This document shows positions 25,828 through 38,400 of a DNA stretch of 60,000 nucleotides, piece after piece. Position 1 is the first letter of the stretch, and each line of letters begins with the position of its first letter. Source of the stretch: Felis catus (Eukaryota); contig NC_058369.1 of the NCBI RefSeq assembly GCF_018350175.1, positions 4,590,001 through 4,650,000 of the forward strand, given 5' to 3'. A model generated the notes under the pieces. That model saw nothing but the letters and a program-made list of their open reading frames with translations, had not been told where the DNA came from and did no database searches. Position numbers and translations under genes: made by a program.

Positions 25828-26008
25828 CGCGCTTGGGTTTGGGGAAGCTGTCATGCAGCCGGAAGACCACTTTCTCCACGAAGTGCTGGATTTCACATTG
25901 CTCGGGGCCACGGACAAACACCATCCAATCGTGGGTGAACCCCTCCGTTGTGGGCTTCTTGCGCAGTTGGGCACGGTGTCCCAGCTCTAACTTGACCTGG
26001 ACAGTGCA
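25828..26008 (-). CDS. MLLT1: MLLT1 exon 2 (181 bp), YEATS domain N-terminal half
   Basis: ctccag|TGCACT...AAGCGCG|gtgagt. Translates [60 protein letters not shown], the ENL YEATS sequence with F28, H56, S58 and F59. Confidence 0.98.
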
Positions 26009-27744
26009 CTGGAGGGAGAAAGAGGCGGGCACGGGTCAGTGATGAGCCCAGGGCAGGGGACGGCAAGATTCCCACCCCATCGCCTACAGAGCATGGCCAG
26101 CACTGGCCACGGGAGCTGCAAAGACCCCTGGGCACTGCCACGGGCTTCCCAACCCACAACGAGAGTGCAAAGAGCCTCCTGGGGCTTACAGTGAACCAGG
26201 CACTGTGCGAGCGGCCCTGCGGGCCCTTTCTCCAGCCCGCCCCCTGGAGGCCCTGTGCTTCCTCCTTCTAGCCCTCACCCTCCACCCCAGCAGGACAACC
26301 TCCCCACTGTTCCTCCAAGTCTTGCTCATTCCTGTCTCAGGGCCTTGGCACCTGTGGTTCCCTCTGCCTTGGATGCTCTTTCCCTAGGCCATGGCTGGCT
26401 CCCTCTTGTCACTGAGGTCTCGGCTTGAATGTTACCTTCTCTGGGAAGACCTCTCCCCCCCCCCCCCCGCCCCGGGCCACCCAGTCTGAAAGCACCCACC
26501 ACCACCCCCATCATCCTGTGTCACATTGTACATTCTCAGCATCTGTCACTATTGGAGCTCATCTTGCTAACAAGCTGCTGGCTCTGCTCGAACACCTGCT
26601 GACTCTCGGGGCTGCCTCCTTGTCCAGAGCTGGAATCCTCACCAAGAGCTCCCTGAATACAACCCTCAGTGTGACCCAGAGTGCAATTACCTCATGAGGA
26701 AAACAGATGAGGAAAACGAGGTTCTGAGGTGGAGCTGCTAAGCTGCACACAGTCAGCTGGCAGGGAGCGGGGCCCAGACTCAAGCGCAGGGGTGCGTCCC
26801 CCGAGGGCCCACTCCCTCAGCCCCTGCCGTCTTGCCTCCCTGCTCAAGTCACCCAAGCTCCTTGATGAAAGCGTTTTCACTCTCCTCCGCCCCACAGGAT
26901 GCCTCTGGGGAACAGAGACCCTCGGGGTCACCTGAGTCCACAAAAGCATCGCCTGTCAGTGTTAAAAGCAGAATGGTGGTTCACAGTTGGAATGGAGGGG
27001 GCCAGGAGGAAGCCCCCGGGGATCTGGGGACCTCGGCAGTCAGGCTCTCTGCGTGTGTGTGACACTGTGCCTGAAATGTAAGGTAGCTCCTGCCGGTTCC
27101 ACTCCACCGAACACAAAGCCACAAAACTTTTGAAGCACTCACACCCCTCGGTGGGTCAAAAGCACTGATGGGGAACCCACTGTAAACACGCACTCTGGTG
27201 TGTGAGATCCTCCCCAGTCTGCTGGGAGATACAGCCTGACACCTAGTATCAGATGCAAGAATGTTACAAAGAAACCAGAGGCCAAGAGGACACTTGTTCC
27301 TAAGTGCCGAGGACAGCCAGGAGCAAGTTGCCCGCTGGCGGGTAGCGGGCAACCACGCTTCCCCAGCCAAGCCACCTCCCACCCGCCCCCTGTGCCCTCT
27401 CTCCAGGGAACCACCCTCCTCCCCGACTGGAGACCTCCTGCTCTGGACTCTGGACCCCCTTTCTCCCCAGCTGACCTCATGTGACCTTCTGCCTCTTCTC
27501 TGGGATCCCTCCACCCGGGCGGATCCCGCTGCCAACGCCAGCGGCTCCCTCCCTCTGCGCCCTCTCACTGGCTGCCAGGCCAGGAAAGCAGGACAGACAC
27601 AAACTGTCGCTTTGCCGGTTCAGCTTTCAATGGCTCGCCACTCCCTCAAGTAAGGTCCAAAGGCCTCAGCACACCTCCCGTCTCCCACTGGTGTGCTTCC
27701 TCAGGCCCAAGACGCCCGTTATTTTTCCCCTTTTAAGCTGTTTA

Positions 27745-27929
27745 AAAATTATTATTTATTTGGGGAAGAGCGCAAGCAGGGGAGGGGCAGAGAGAGAGGG
27801 GGGGACAGAGGATCTGCAGCAGACTCTGCTCTGACAGCAGAGAGCCCGATGCGAGGCTCAAACCCACAAACCGGAGATCGTGACCTGAGCTGAAGTCGGA
27901 CACTCAACCGAGCTACCCAGGTGACCCCC
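27745..27929 (-). mobile_element. CAN-SINE
   Basis: Reverse-orientation SINE body. Confidence 0.88.
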
Positions 27930-28708
27930 TGCTTTTTAAAGCTTTTTCAGGTCTGAGTACGTCTTGCCATCTACACGGAAGTTTTACGTGTCGAGGTGTG
28001 TGCATGCCCACACAAACACAGGAACTGGCCCTAAGCTGGCGGCGTGCCTTAGAGGGTCCACGGCAGTCTGTGCGCCAATTCCGCCGCGCCCACTTCACCC
28101 CATGCCGGCTCCCTGGTTGCTCACTGCTGCCTCCGCAGAGACCCCATCTAGCCCGCCCTTTCACATCCACGTCGGGGGCACACGGGGCATCGATGACACC
28201 AGAGAATTTACACTAAGGAGCCTTCCTAGATCAGCAAATTGTAAGTGGTGCTCTCCCAAGGGGAGGAACCAGTCAGGACACTGGGAAGGACAGGGCAGGC
28301 CCAGTGAGGGAGGGGCTGGCGGGAGGCTCCGGGCGCTGAGTGAGCCAGCTGTCGACCACAGAGCAGGGGTACCCCCCGCACAGGCTGCCGGTCACTGCAG
28401 GGCTCCACAGGGAAAAGCGCAGGGACTTGCAGGGTCCGGGGCCACAGGAGGGAGGAGTGAGGGTCGGGGTGGAGCATTTACATTCCACGCGGCAGGAATG
28501 GCAGCCAACTGTATCCAGATGATGGATGCGAGGAAACGGTATCTGAGTCAAAGTTCCCCGGCAATTGTGTACAGTCTGGGCTGAAGGCAGAAAAGGACAG
28601 ACAGACAGACAAACAGGCCTGCTAGGAAGCAACCAGAGGGAGTGGCTGGCAAAGGAGATTTAGTCGAGTCTGAAAGGGGAGAACTGGTAGGACTTAAGAC
28701 TGGACGGA

Positions 28709-29050
28709 GGGACGCCTGGCTGGCTCAGGGAGAAGAGCATGCAACTCTTTTTTTTTTCATTTATTTATTTTGAGAGCGTGCATGTGCACGCATGGGGGAA
28801 AGGCAGAGAGAGGGAGAGAATCCCAAGGAGGCTCCACACTGTCAGCACAGAGCCGGACACGGGGCTCGATCTCACCTACCATGAGATCACGACCTGAGCC
28901 AAAATCAAGAGTCGGACGCTCAACTGACTGAGCCACCCAGGCGCCCCCAGAAGAGCATGCAACTCTTGATCTCAGGGTCACGAATTGAAGCCCCACGCTG
29001 GGTGTAGAGATGACTCAAACAATAAATAAACAAACAAACTTAAAATTAAA
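28709..29050 (+). mobile_element. Old short CAN-SINE interrupted by a reverse felid SINE (28750-28948)
   Basis: Perfect 19-bp TSD agaagagcatgcaactctt at 28731-28749 and 28949-28967. Confidence 0.92.
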
Positions 29051-32000
29051 AACAAAAGAGTGGATGGAGGAGACACGAGGCAGCTCAACCCCAAGACCCA
29101 GGGCACTGGGGTCCTGCCAAGCAGTGGAGGGGGTGGGGGGGGAGGGGGACAGGCGACAGGGGATATTCAAGGGGAAACACACCAAAAGCTAGATGCGAGA
29201 GACTAAATGTCTAGATAAACAAGCAATGCTCAAATCAACCAGCCTCCCTCTGCAGAGCACTGCACATGGGCCACGTTCAACGAACCCAAACAGTGTTTCC
29301 GTTACCCCGATGGGCTGTAATCCCCAGATGCCCTTACACGCATGACAGAAACTCTGCCCCTCTCGCCGGTGTGTCCTCACAGAGAAATCGGGAGACATTC
29401 TCTGAACTGCGGGGAGGGTTACAGGTGAACTGAACACACGTCATCTTAACAATACACTGGCAAACGACTTTGGCTTTTGGTTCTTCGGAGTTAACTCCTA
29501 CGCAAGGCGATGTCGCCTCAGATTCTGCAATCCACCAATCGGGCCGCTCCAACTTTGGCTGCCTTCTCAGCATTTCTGATGAGCTGGGGCTCCTACCCGG
29601 GGCACACAAGGGGCAGGGCAGCTATTGAGAAAGAATGGAAGGCCACAGTCCCGTCGGAGGGGGAACAAAGTGCCAAAAGAACGCTCCAGAGGCCAAAGTA
29701 AACAGGAAGGTTCTGAAGCGGCACTGGATGATCTCTGTCGCTGGCAGACCGTGCCCAAAGCTCTGCCCGGGCAGCATCTAGGCCCCGGGGGCTGGCACCA
29801 ACTCAGCCTGGACACCCCCCAGCCTTGAGGTGCCAATGACAGCACATGCTGGTGCACTAAGGGGAGGAACGCTCCCCCGAATAAAGACAGGGAACAACAC
29901 GACCTCTGGGCCACTCTCTGAGAGAAGAAATCAGACTCAGTAAGACATTCGTGCTACTCGCACTGGAGGCAAGCAAGACACTGAGCCCGGCCAACTGCTC
30001 CGGCTTGTCAAGTCATGATAATTTATTAACACAACTAAGCCAATTCCGCCTTCAAGGTTCTGCCCCCCTCCTGCCTTACTCCACCTGGACTCCTGCCCCA
30101 TGCACGAGAACCGGAGAACTGAAACACAGTTAGCTCTTTCTCCGGGAAGGGTGCCTGGCTAAAGAGGTTAACTACCGGTTAGGTTAGGCTCTCAACGGTC
30201 TTGGAAGGAATGAATCTCATGTGTCCTGCCTGTTGCTTGGAGGCGCTCTGTGCAACCTGGCCGCTGGGGACCAGGGGCCCCGGCCTCAGTTCCTGCCATG
30301 TCCCAGCCCCCGGGAACTGTTCTGCCACCCACTCCCCTAACAAAAGCTGGGAACAAAGGGGGGAACGTTCCAGGCCTGTCCTGGAAAGAGCTGACCATTT
30401 TACTTCTGGGAGATCATCTGGAAGGTCTGTAGATGGAGACAGAGCAGCTCAAGGGCTCTGAAGGCCGTCCTGGGACAGCTAGGCTTGGGCTAAGGGCCTC
30501 GGCAGGGCACTGTCCTCCCTCCAGATCAACTGGAACCCAAGGGCCATAATCCTAAGTCCTGCAAACCAGGCGAACAGATCCTGGAGGGCAGCTTCCCAGG
30601 CACGTCACTGAAGAGTACAGGTCCCTCCAAGTGTGGGCTCAAATGGCCAATGCCTGGCAAAGAGGGCGAACCAGCCCAGTTCCAACAGCTCCCCTGCTTC
30701 CAAGGCCTTTCCTCATCAGATTCTTCCCATATCCCACTAACCCTGCCTTCAGCCTGGGCCCCAGAAGGCAGGTCTTTAACGAGTTTATCTGGAAGACTGC
30801 CCCTGATTTCCTGGTGGGAATTCTCTTCAACAGATGATGCCCTTTCCTCAGGGAATTCGTACTTTACCAAGTGATATAATTATGCCTGGAGTTTGGCTAC
30901 TGCATGCAATTCCCTCAGATACAACAGTCCCCTCCCCTCCCCTCCCCTCCCCAGAGGAGGAACACCGAAGAGCCTTCTCCCCTCATCAGCCTAGACTGAC
31001 CGTGCCAAGTCCGGCTGGATCCGGCAGGGCTGCCACCGACCCGGTCCACACCACAGAAACGGGAAAAGGTGCTGGCCCTCATAGAGCGACAGCAACACAG
31101 ACCAAATAAGATACTCTTGGCAGAACTTTCTCCCCCAGACCCAGCTGGGGGCTCTCAGGAGCAGCCGCTGGATCAGAAGGTGAGAAAGATGGGGACATGA
31201 CGGTTATCCCTCGGGGACAATCCTCTCAAGCAGAAGACTGCCCACACAGAGGCGGGACAGAGCCGAGGGCAGGGGACCTCCCGTAACACCTGCATCAGGC
31301 CTTGGTCTTTTCACTGGGGATGCACAGGGGGCTGGTGGCCAACAATGGCACTCATTGGGCCTCGTCCCTTTGGCCCAGGGCACAAAGTTAATGACGAAGG
31401 GACAAGAAGGAACTCAGTGAATGTCTCTTTGAAAACTAAGGATAAGTGTGTAGACCGTGAAGATACTCGAGGACACCCCCACTCCCTGGTTTTCAGGTGC
31501 CCAGGAAGAATGCCCTTACCAGCCTGCCAGGGAGGCCTGGGACAGGGTTTATATTACATCCATTTGAGATGCCCGCAGACACGTAGATGGAGAACTGGCT
31601 GTCACCAAAGTTCTGCGGAAGCAGTGCTGGGAGATTTCTGAACGAGCACAAACCCAATAAAGGCATCCGTCACCAGGTCAGATGGGCCTCGTTACAAAAG
31701 GACTGATCCCTAGTTGCTTTTTCAACCGACGGCTGGCAAAGCTAAGTGCAAGACTTTGTGTTAGGAACTATGAGGGATGTAAAGGCGAACAGAACTCTGG
31801 TCCCCACCTCAAGTACTGTGCAGGGTATTAACTTTAGGACAAACCACTTGGCACGTCAACTTTCCCGGTGACAGTTTCGGAGCAGGGTGGTGGAGAATAG
31901 TGCTCTGCACAAGTCTGAGCGTTCCTCGGCAAGGTTTGGGAAAAGGACAGTTACCTAGGAATCCCACCTGGCCCTGACACCTCCCGGGGCCATCCTGAGG

Positions 32001-34984
32001 CTCCATCATGACCATGTCTGTAAAACGGGCCATCACGGTCAAAAACCAACCTCCTCTTCTGGAACAACGGAGGATGGTCGACAGCAGGCGGGTCCCAAAT
32101 TCAAACTTGGGAGAAGCAGCAAATATCAACTCAACTGGGTGATTCAACGGGTCGGCCGCCCTCCTCGGGTAACGGGCCCAATGCTTCTGTGAAGGGGACG
32201 ACTCCCTGGTCCTTGGGAGAACCCAGACTTCTAGATCCCCCTAGGCAACCCCTGTGACCAGAGACCCTCCCCCATCGCCCTTTCTCCATCCTTTTACTGT
32301 CTGCTCAGCCTTCACCCACACCCACTCCTTCCCCTCCATCCTCGGAGATAAATCACAAGCCTCCCCCCATGCACCACTCTTCCCCCCTAAAGAAACGCAA
32401 CCCCCCCACCCAATGGACCCGTAAGTATGGACTAGGCAGGGTGGCTGGCGGAATCAAATAGGTGGGTAACAGTCAGGGCAAAGGAAGCCAGAAGGACTTT
32501 TCCTGGCCACGGGGAAAGGATTTCAATGCTGAGAAGTTGGGAGCACAGGGCAAAGCGCAGGATCCCCCTTCTCAGCTGGAAAATTCTAGAGAACACAACA
32601 GGAAGGTAAGGAGAATCAAAGCCTCCCGAAGCAAGCAGGCCCTTGGGGGAAAGTCCTGTGGTTCCCCATCGGACTGAGGCATTTACAGGTTTGGGGCAAC
32701 TCAGGGGAGAGAGGGAAAGCTGAGATTCTGCTGGGTTCAAAGCATTTGCCCGCACCCAAGTCCTAGGACGCTCACAGCCAACTCACCCACTTGGGTAGAG
32801 GACACCATTCTCTCCTGTCTTCCCAGAGACTGCTCTCTCTGTAAAGAAGGGACAGCGCTCCTGGGCCTCTCCCAAATTTGCAGAAACACGGCCAGGGATA
32901 AAGAATCAGACTACGGAATGCCACACACTTTCCCGTGGGATCGGGTTCACTTGCAAATACTTCTGCAAGGAGTTAGGCTAGCACCTATGGTGCTATGGAA
33001 CTTTCTGCCATGAGGGAAATGTCGTCTCTCAGAGCTGTGCCTTAAGGTGGCCAGCAGCTCACTAGTGACAGTGAATGGGCCCTTAAGACGTGGCTGGTGC
33101 CACGCAGAAATCGACTTTTTCCGTTTTGGTTCACTGACACGTAAAAAGCCACAAGGACTAGTGGCTACACACCGGGCAGCGGGGCTCTCACTGACCAGCC
33201 CAGCAGAGTTCACCAGTCCACCGAAGCAAGACCGTTCTCTCTCTCTGTCACAGGCCAAGAATGCCGTCCACCCTCACCCTTCCACTTACATAAATGACAA
33301 CCACCCAGACCGCCAGGGCCCAGCAAGTCACAGGGGAATAAACACACTTGGGCCTAAGACACCTCCCTGGGGGACTGACTGGCTGGTGGGGTGACAGGCA
33401 GGAGCCACATCCTATGCCTGAGCGGGACCCAACATGACTTTCCCACGGGTGGGTTCCATTCCAAGTGGACCCTGAAGGTATATTGTTTTGTTTTCGTAAC
33501 TCAGTACAGACTGGAGGTAATAGGCTCTGTCCCTGCAGAAGTGAACTCACACCCGCTGCCACGATCCACCACTCCAGCCCACCTCTCAAGAGAAAGGTAG
33601 CAACGCCAAAGACGAAAGAGAGATCGTGGTGAGAAGGTCCCACAAGCACAAGCCTCAGCGATCCTGTACCCCCACAGTTGACCGGGATGGGCAAGGGGCG
33701 GTCTCCTGCCTGCACACCTCCCAGCCACACAGCACCTTACCAGACAGCACCGCCTCGGTGGCGCCAGCCGCCAGGGACGCCCCAACCTGCCCTGACTGAC
33801 TGCAGAGATTTCAGCTGCCACCCCCGTAGCCCCACACTGCCGCCTCTCCTGGCCCCGTGCCCCTGGAAGCCACAGGCACTGGGGAAGGATGAAGAAATAA
33901 ATGACCCCAGGTCGGGGGCCGCAACAGTCCTGAAGAGGGTTAGGGGCTTGGGTACTGAAGAGGAGACGGTGCAGAGCTGGTGAAGGGGGCCCCAGGGGCC
34001 TGAACGGCCTGGGGTTTATTTCAACTGACACAATTGTCTCCGGCTTTCCAGACAGAAGGGCAAGGGGGGCCATGGGGAAAGCGTATGGAATCTGGGGAGC
34101 CACCCTGGGTTTGAGGCAAGGCTCCCAGTGAAGGCTCCAAGATGCTGGGGAGGGAAGGGACATGGGGCATGCTGAGGGGAGGGGACAGTGGCTGAAAGCC
34201 AACACATCAGGCTGGGGGATGCTGGAGGGAAGTGGGAAACCCTGAATTCAAGGAGAGAGGTACAGGGGGGCCGGGGAAACTGCAGGTTTGTGAAGGGAAG
34301 CCAGCTGAGCTGAGAATGGGCAGACTGAGATCTGGACTGGGGGAAAATGCGGGGAAGTATAAACCAGGGTTGCAGGGGCAAAGAGGACCCAAGCTGAGGG
34401 GAGCGAGGCATTTAGTGTCTAGAGGGCTTGGGGGGCTCCAAGTCGGAGCAGAAAACGCCCCTAGGCCTGGTCTGAAGGCTGAAAGAGAGCCCCTCAGACA
34501 CTGGGGGCCGAGGGACTGAGCGGGGCCTGAAACCAGAGGGAGCTGAGAAAGCAAGCCCAAATCCAAAGTGGGGGTGATGGGGTGGGCTCAACGCAGGCCT
34601 GGGTCCTTGTGTGAAAAACCCAGACCCTAGCCAGAGGTCGAGGGGAAACGGTCACTCAGGCTAAGGCAGTGGCAGGAGCAAGGGGGAGCAAAGGCTCGGC
34701 CCTGGAAGAAAACAAGGGATAAAAAGGCTCAGGGTGGGCCTAGGTTAGAGGAAGCAGGGGGCTGCACCAAGGTTCTGGGGGTTCTGCGGGGTTGGGAGGA
34801 GGGGGATTTCAAACCCCAGCAAGGCTCTAAGGAAGCAGCAGCAGCAGCAGCATTAGGCTGCGGGCTCAAGGAGTTTGAAGGGACTCAGGGCCAAGAGTCC
34901 AGAGAGAAAAGGAGACAGGCCCTGGATCCAAAGAAGGGTGGTACAGGGCCAGATCTGACAAATCTGAAGGGTCCCGGGGACAGC

Positions 34985-35385
34985 CGTGGGGCTCTCTGGA
35001 CTGGGCCGGTGTCCCCAGGGGTGCCTGTGGGACTCTGGCGGGGGTTGGGGTCCCCACGGGGTTCTGGGCCGCGCTGGGGTCCCAAAAGGCATCCCAGGGG
35101 TTTCTGGGCCACCAGTGGGGGCTCTAGGCTGGTTCAGGGGCCCGAGGAGTGTCCCAAAGGGTGCTGGGCTGGACTGGACTCCCAGGGGGAGTCCCAGGAG
35201 AGTCTGAGCCGCCTGTGGAGACTCTGGCCTGGGTCGGGGCCCCGAAGAGCGTCCCAGAGCGTTCTGGGCTTGCCTGGGATCACAAGGGGGCATCCCGGGG
35301 CGGGGGTGGGGGGGGGTCTGGGCTGCACTGGGGTTCCGAGGGGCGTCTCAGGGGGCTCTGGGCTGGGCCAGGCCGGGGTCCTCAT
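34985..35385. repeat. Degenerate GC-rich minisatellite (20/40-bp units, 100-bp higher order)
   Basis: Units end in TCCCA(G/A) or TCCCG at 35097, 35157, 35197, 35257 and 35297, with a repeated (t)ctgggc core. Confidence 0.65.
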
Positions 35386-35611
35386 AGAAGTCCGAGGCGC
35401 TCTGGCCGGGCCGGGGTCGGGATGGGGGAGGGGCGCCCCCGCCCCACATAAAGGCCGGGGGAGCGGCGGGCGAGCACAAAGCGGGGCGGGCGGGAGCCGA
35501 GTGTGGGCGGGGAGGCCGGGACCAAGGAGGGCCGGGCGGGCGGGTCGTGGGAGGGAGGGAGGGGACCGGGCGGGCGGCGGGCTGCGCTGGGGCGGCGCGG
35601 CCGCTCCTCAC

Positions 35612-35623
35612 CTGATTGTCCAT
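35612..35623 (-). CDS. MLLT1: MLLT1 (ENL) coding exon 1, MDNQ
   Basis: Minus strand reads gccagccATGGACAATCAG|gtgagg: strong Kozak context, canonical donor, inside a CpG island. Splices in frame to exon 2. Confidence 0.96.
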
Positions 35624-35676
35624 GGCTGGCGCCCCGCCCCGCCCCCGGGCCCCGCGTCGCTCGCCGCCGCCGCCGC

Positions 35677-35700
35677 TCAGCGCCGCCCCGCCGCCCTCAT
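35677..35700 (-). promoter_or_regulatory. Upstream ORF (MRAAGRR*) in the presumed MLLT1 5'UTR
   Basis: acaATG AGG GCG GCG GGG CGG CGC TGA; starts 77 nt before the main ATG. Confidence 0.6.
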
Positions 35701-36640
35701 TGTCTGTCAGGCACCGCCGCCGCCGCCGCTCCCGGCTGCCCGCCCGCCCGCCAGCCCCGCGGAACCGGAAACCACCGCCAGTTCGGGTCGCGCACCGACC
35801 GCGGGCCCCCGCCGCCGACTCTGGCCTGCCGCCCCGACTGGCAGCCTCCCGGGCCAATCGGCAGCGCGGACGGCCGCTCGTGGGGCGGGACTTCCTTCCT
35901 GGCGGGGGCCTGCCGGGCTGCGGTCGGAGGGACGAAGCCCGCAGCCAATGGGAAGCCCGAACCGGAGGGGCGGTGGGAGGGAGGGAGGGAGGCGCGAGGC
36001 GAGCCCTGCGGAGGGGAGCGCGAGGTGTGCGCCGCACGTGGAGGGGGGCGGGGGCGGGACGGGCGCGCCGCGCCTGCGCACTGCGGCCCGCAGGGGGCGC
36101 TGCCTCGTGGCCGGAGCTCCCGGGGCCTGAGCCTAACCTAGTCCGGCTGAGGTGGCGGTTCGAGCTCTGGGGTGGGAGCATCAGGACCACTTTTGTTTCC
36201 TAGCCACGTGTTACTACCGGTGTCATGGAATGGGCTCTGGGCTCTCGAACTGTCAATTAATTTTCCAAAGCTGGATCTGCTTCAGGGAAAGCCTGGGCGA
36301 CTCGCTCCTCCCCCTGAGTCTTAGTTTGCACATCTGGGAAACGGGGACACTCAGTACCATGCAATGCTAGGTCAGGCCGATTTGAATGATAACACATTTG
36401 AAACCTGCTGCATTAAAATGACCAAGAAACTCTCATTTAATCCATGAAATCTATAAAGCTAATCCCTCTAAAACCGATTTTTAAATCGTGTAATTTCACA
36501 ATTTGTAAACCTTGTTTAGATGAGATATAGACATAATGCTCCATCTTTTTCAGGATCATGTTGAGCCATTTGTCTCTCGGACAATAGGACTTCTGCCTGC
36601 AACTTGGGGACCATTGTACAGTTATTTTTAATTTCTCATA

Positions 36641-36856
36641 GGGGTGCCTGGGTGGCTCAGTCTGTTAAGCTCCTGACTTCCGCTCAGGTCATGATCTCAG
36701 GGTTCATGGGTTCAAGCCCTGCATCCGGCTCTATACTGACAGCTCTGAACCTGGAGCCTGCTTTGGATTCTGTGTCTCCCTCTCTCTCTCTGCCCCTCCC
36801 CTGCTCTCTCTCTCTCTCTCTCTCTCTCTCAAAAATAAATAAACATTTAAAAAAAA
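36641..36856 (+). mobile_element. CAN-SINE
   Basis: Full-length, with (CT)n and tail. Confidence 0.93.
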
Positions 36857-37032
36857 CCCTCTGAAGAAGGCCAGATGCTGTCATAGTAACACACCTTCTA
36901 ATCTAGGGTTACGTGTGCTGGGGGGTAGAAATGAAGAACACGCTGAGAAGATGAGCAGCAACTTTAATGTGGGTACAGCTTTTTTTTTTTTTAATCCTAT
37001 AACTGGGTGGGCGTAAGCAGATCAGTAGTTCT

Positions 37033-37253
37033 TTTTTTTTAATTTTTTTTAATGTTTATTTATTTTTGAGACAGAGAGAGACACAGCATGAGCAGGGAAG
37101 GGACAGAGAGAGAGGGAGACACAGAATCTGAAACAGGCTCCAGCCTCTGAGCTGTCAGCACAGAGCCCGACGTGGGGCTCGAACTCACGAGCTGTGAGAT
37201 CATGGCCTGAGCTGAAGTCAGATGCTTAACCGATTGAGCCACCCAGGCACCCC
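37033..37253 (-). mobile_element. CAN-SINE inserted in a MER5A-like element (extending to ~37450)
   Basis: TSD agcagatc(a/g)gtagttct; downstream catcacctgggaact and aaatgcaaattc. Confidence 0.9.
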
Positions 37254-37699
37254 AGCAGATCGGTAGTTCTAAGTGGCCCTTGAACCAGCGGGCTCGGCAT
37301 CACCTGGGAACTTTATTCAAAATGCAAATTCTAGTCTCCCTTGATTTATGGAATCAGAAACTCCAGGTGCATGGTCAGCACACAGAGGGGCGGCTTAACT
37401 AGCCCTTCCGATGATGGTGAAGCTTGCTCAAATTTCAGAAGCACTGCCCCAGGTAAAGGGACAAAAATTGGAGGTGGCGGGAAGGGGGGGGGTGGGGCGG
37501 GGTGCGAGTAACTTGCAGCGAAGAACCTTCACGCTACAATTGTTGCAAAGAGGAGCTTCCGGAACCCAGCCACCTCCCCCTTACTCTCTGGGAAATTCTC
37601 CTGGAATTAGACTCTGAACTGTTGGGGGTTTTCAAAACTACATCCCCAGAGCTCCCACTAAATCAGGCGTAACCCTTTAAGCACTGGAAAGAATAATGG

Positions 37700-38125
37700 A
37701 GCAACAACCCAAGTCTCCATCAACAGTCGAATGGACAAGCAAAATGTGGCCCACCCGTGCAATGGAATATTACCCAGCCTTAAACAGGAAGGAAATTCTG
37801 ACACCTGCTGCACCCTGGATGAACCTGGAGGACATTATCCTCGGTGAAATAAGCCAGACACAAAAGGACAAATCCTACGTGGTTCCACTCATAAAAGGTC
37901 CCTAGGGGAGTCACATCCATAGAGACAGACAGTGGATGCTGGGGCTGGGGAGTCAGTGTGTCATGGGGACAGAGTTTCGTTTGGGGGAAATGAAGATGTT
38001 CTGGAGATGGAGGGCGGGGGTCGGTTGCCCAACAGCGTGAATGTGCTTAATGCCACCGAGCTGTGCACGGGAAACTGTTATGATCACAAATTTTGTTATG
38101 TCTATTTTACCACAATAAAAAATTA
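37700..38125 (+). mobile_element. L1MB-type 3' end
   Basis: caatggaatattacccagccttaaacaggaaggaaattctgacac ... accacaataaaa. Confidence 0.85.
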
Positions 38126-38196
38126 ATAGACTTCCTGACCCTGTGAACATATCAATATATCCATGAGTCCATAAGGGTATTAAGACAGCAGCAGAT

Positions 38197-38400
38197 GGGG
38201 CACCTGGAGGGGGAGGGGGGCTCAGTCGGTCAAGCATCTGACTTCGGCTCCAGTCACGATCTCGTGGTCCGTGAGTTCAAGCCCTGCATCAGGTTCTCTG
38301 CTGTCAGCGCAGATCCCACTTCAGAGCCTTTGTCCCCCTCCTTCCTGCTCCTCCCCTACGTGCTCTCTCTCAAAACAAGCAAACAAACCAACATTTAAAA
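38197..38400 (+). mobile_element. CAN-SINE
   Basis: Diverged SINE body. Confidence 0.85.

Larger units (their letters stand above)
35290..36170 (-). promoter_or_regulatory. MLLT1: CpG island and TATA-less promoter of MLLT1
   Basis: Very GC- and CpG-dense. CCAAT boxes at ~35854 and ~35945, GC boxes GGGGCGGGAC at 35882 and 36051, E-box CACGTG 36035-36040, NRF1-like GCGCCTGCGCA 36070-36080, CTCF-like 36085-36102. Contains exon 1. Confidence 0.92.

Noticed and set aside
35009..36203. Long ORFs (373, 280, 212 and 195 aa) on both strands
   Set aside because: Gly/Arg/Pro/Ala-rich products of stop-codon scarcity in the CpG island; only the MDNQ exon is supported by splice signals and homology.
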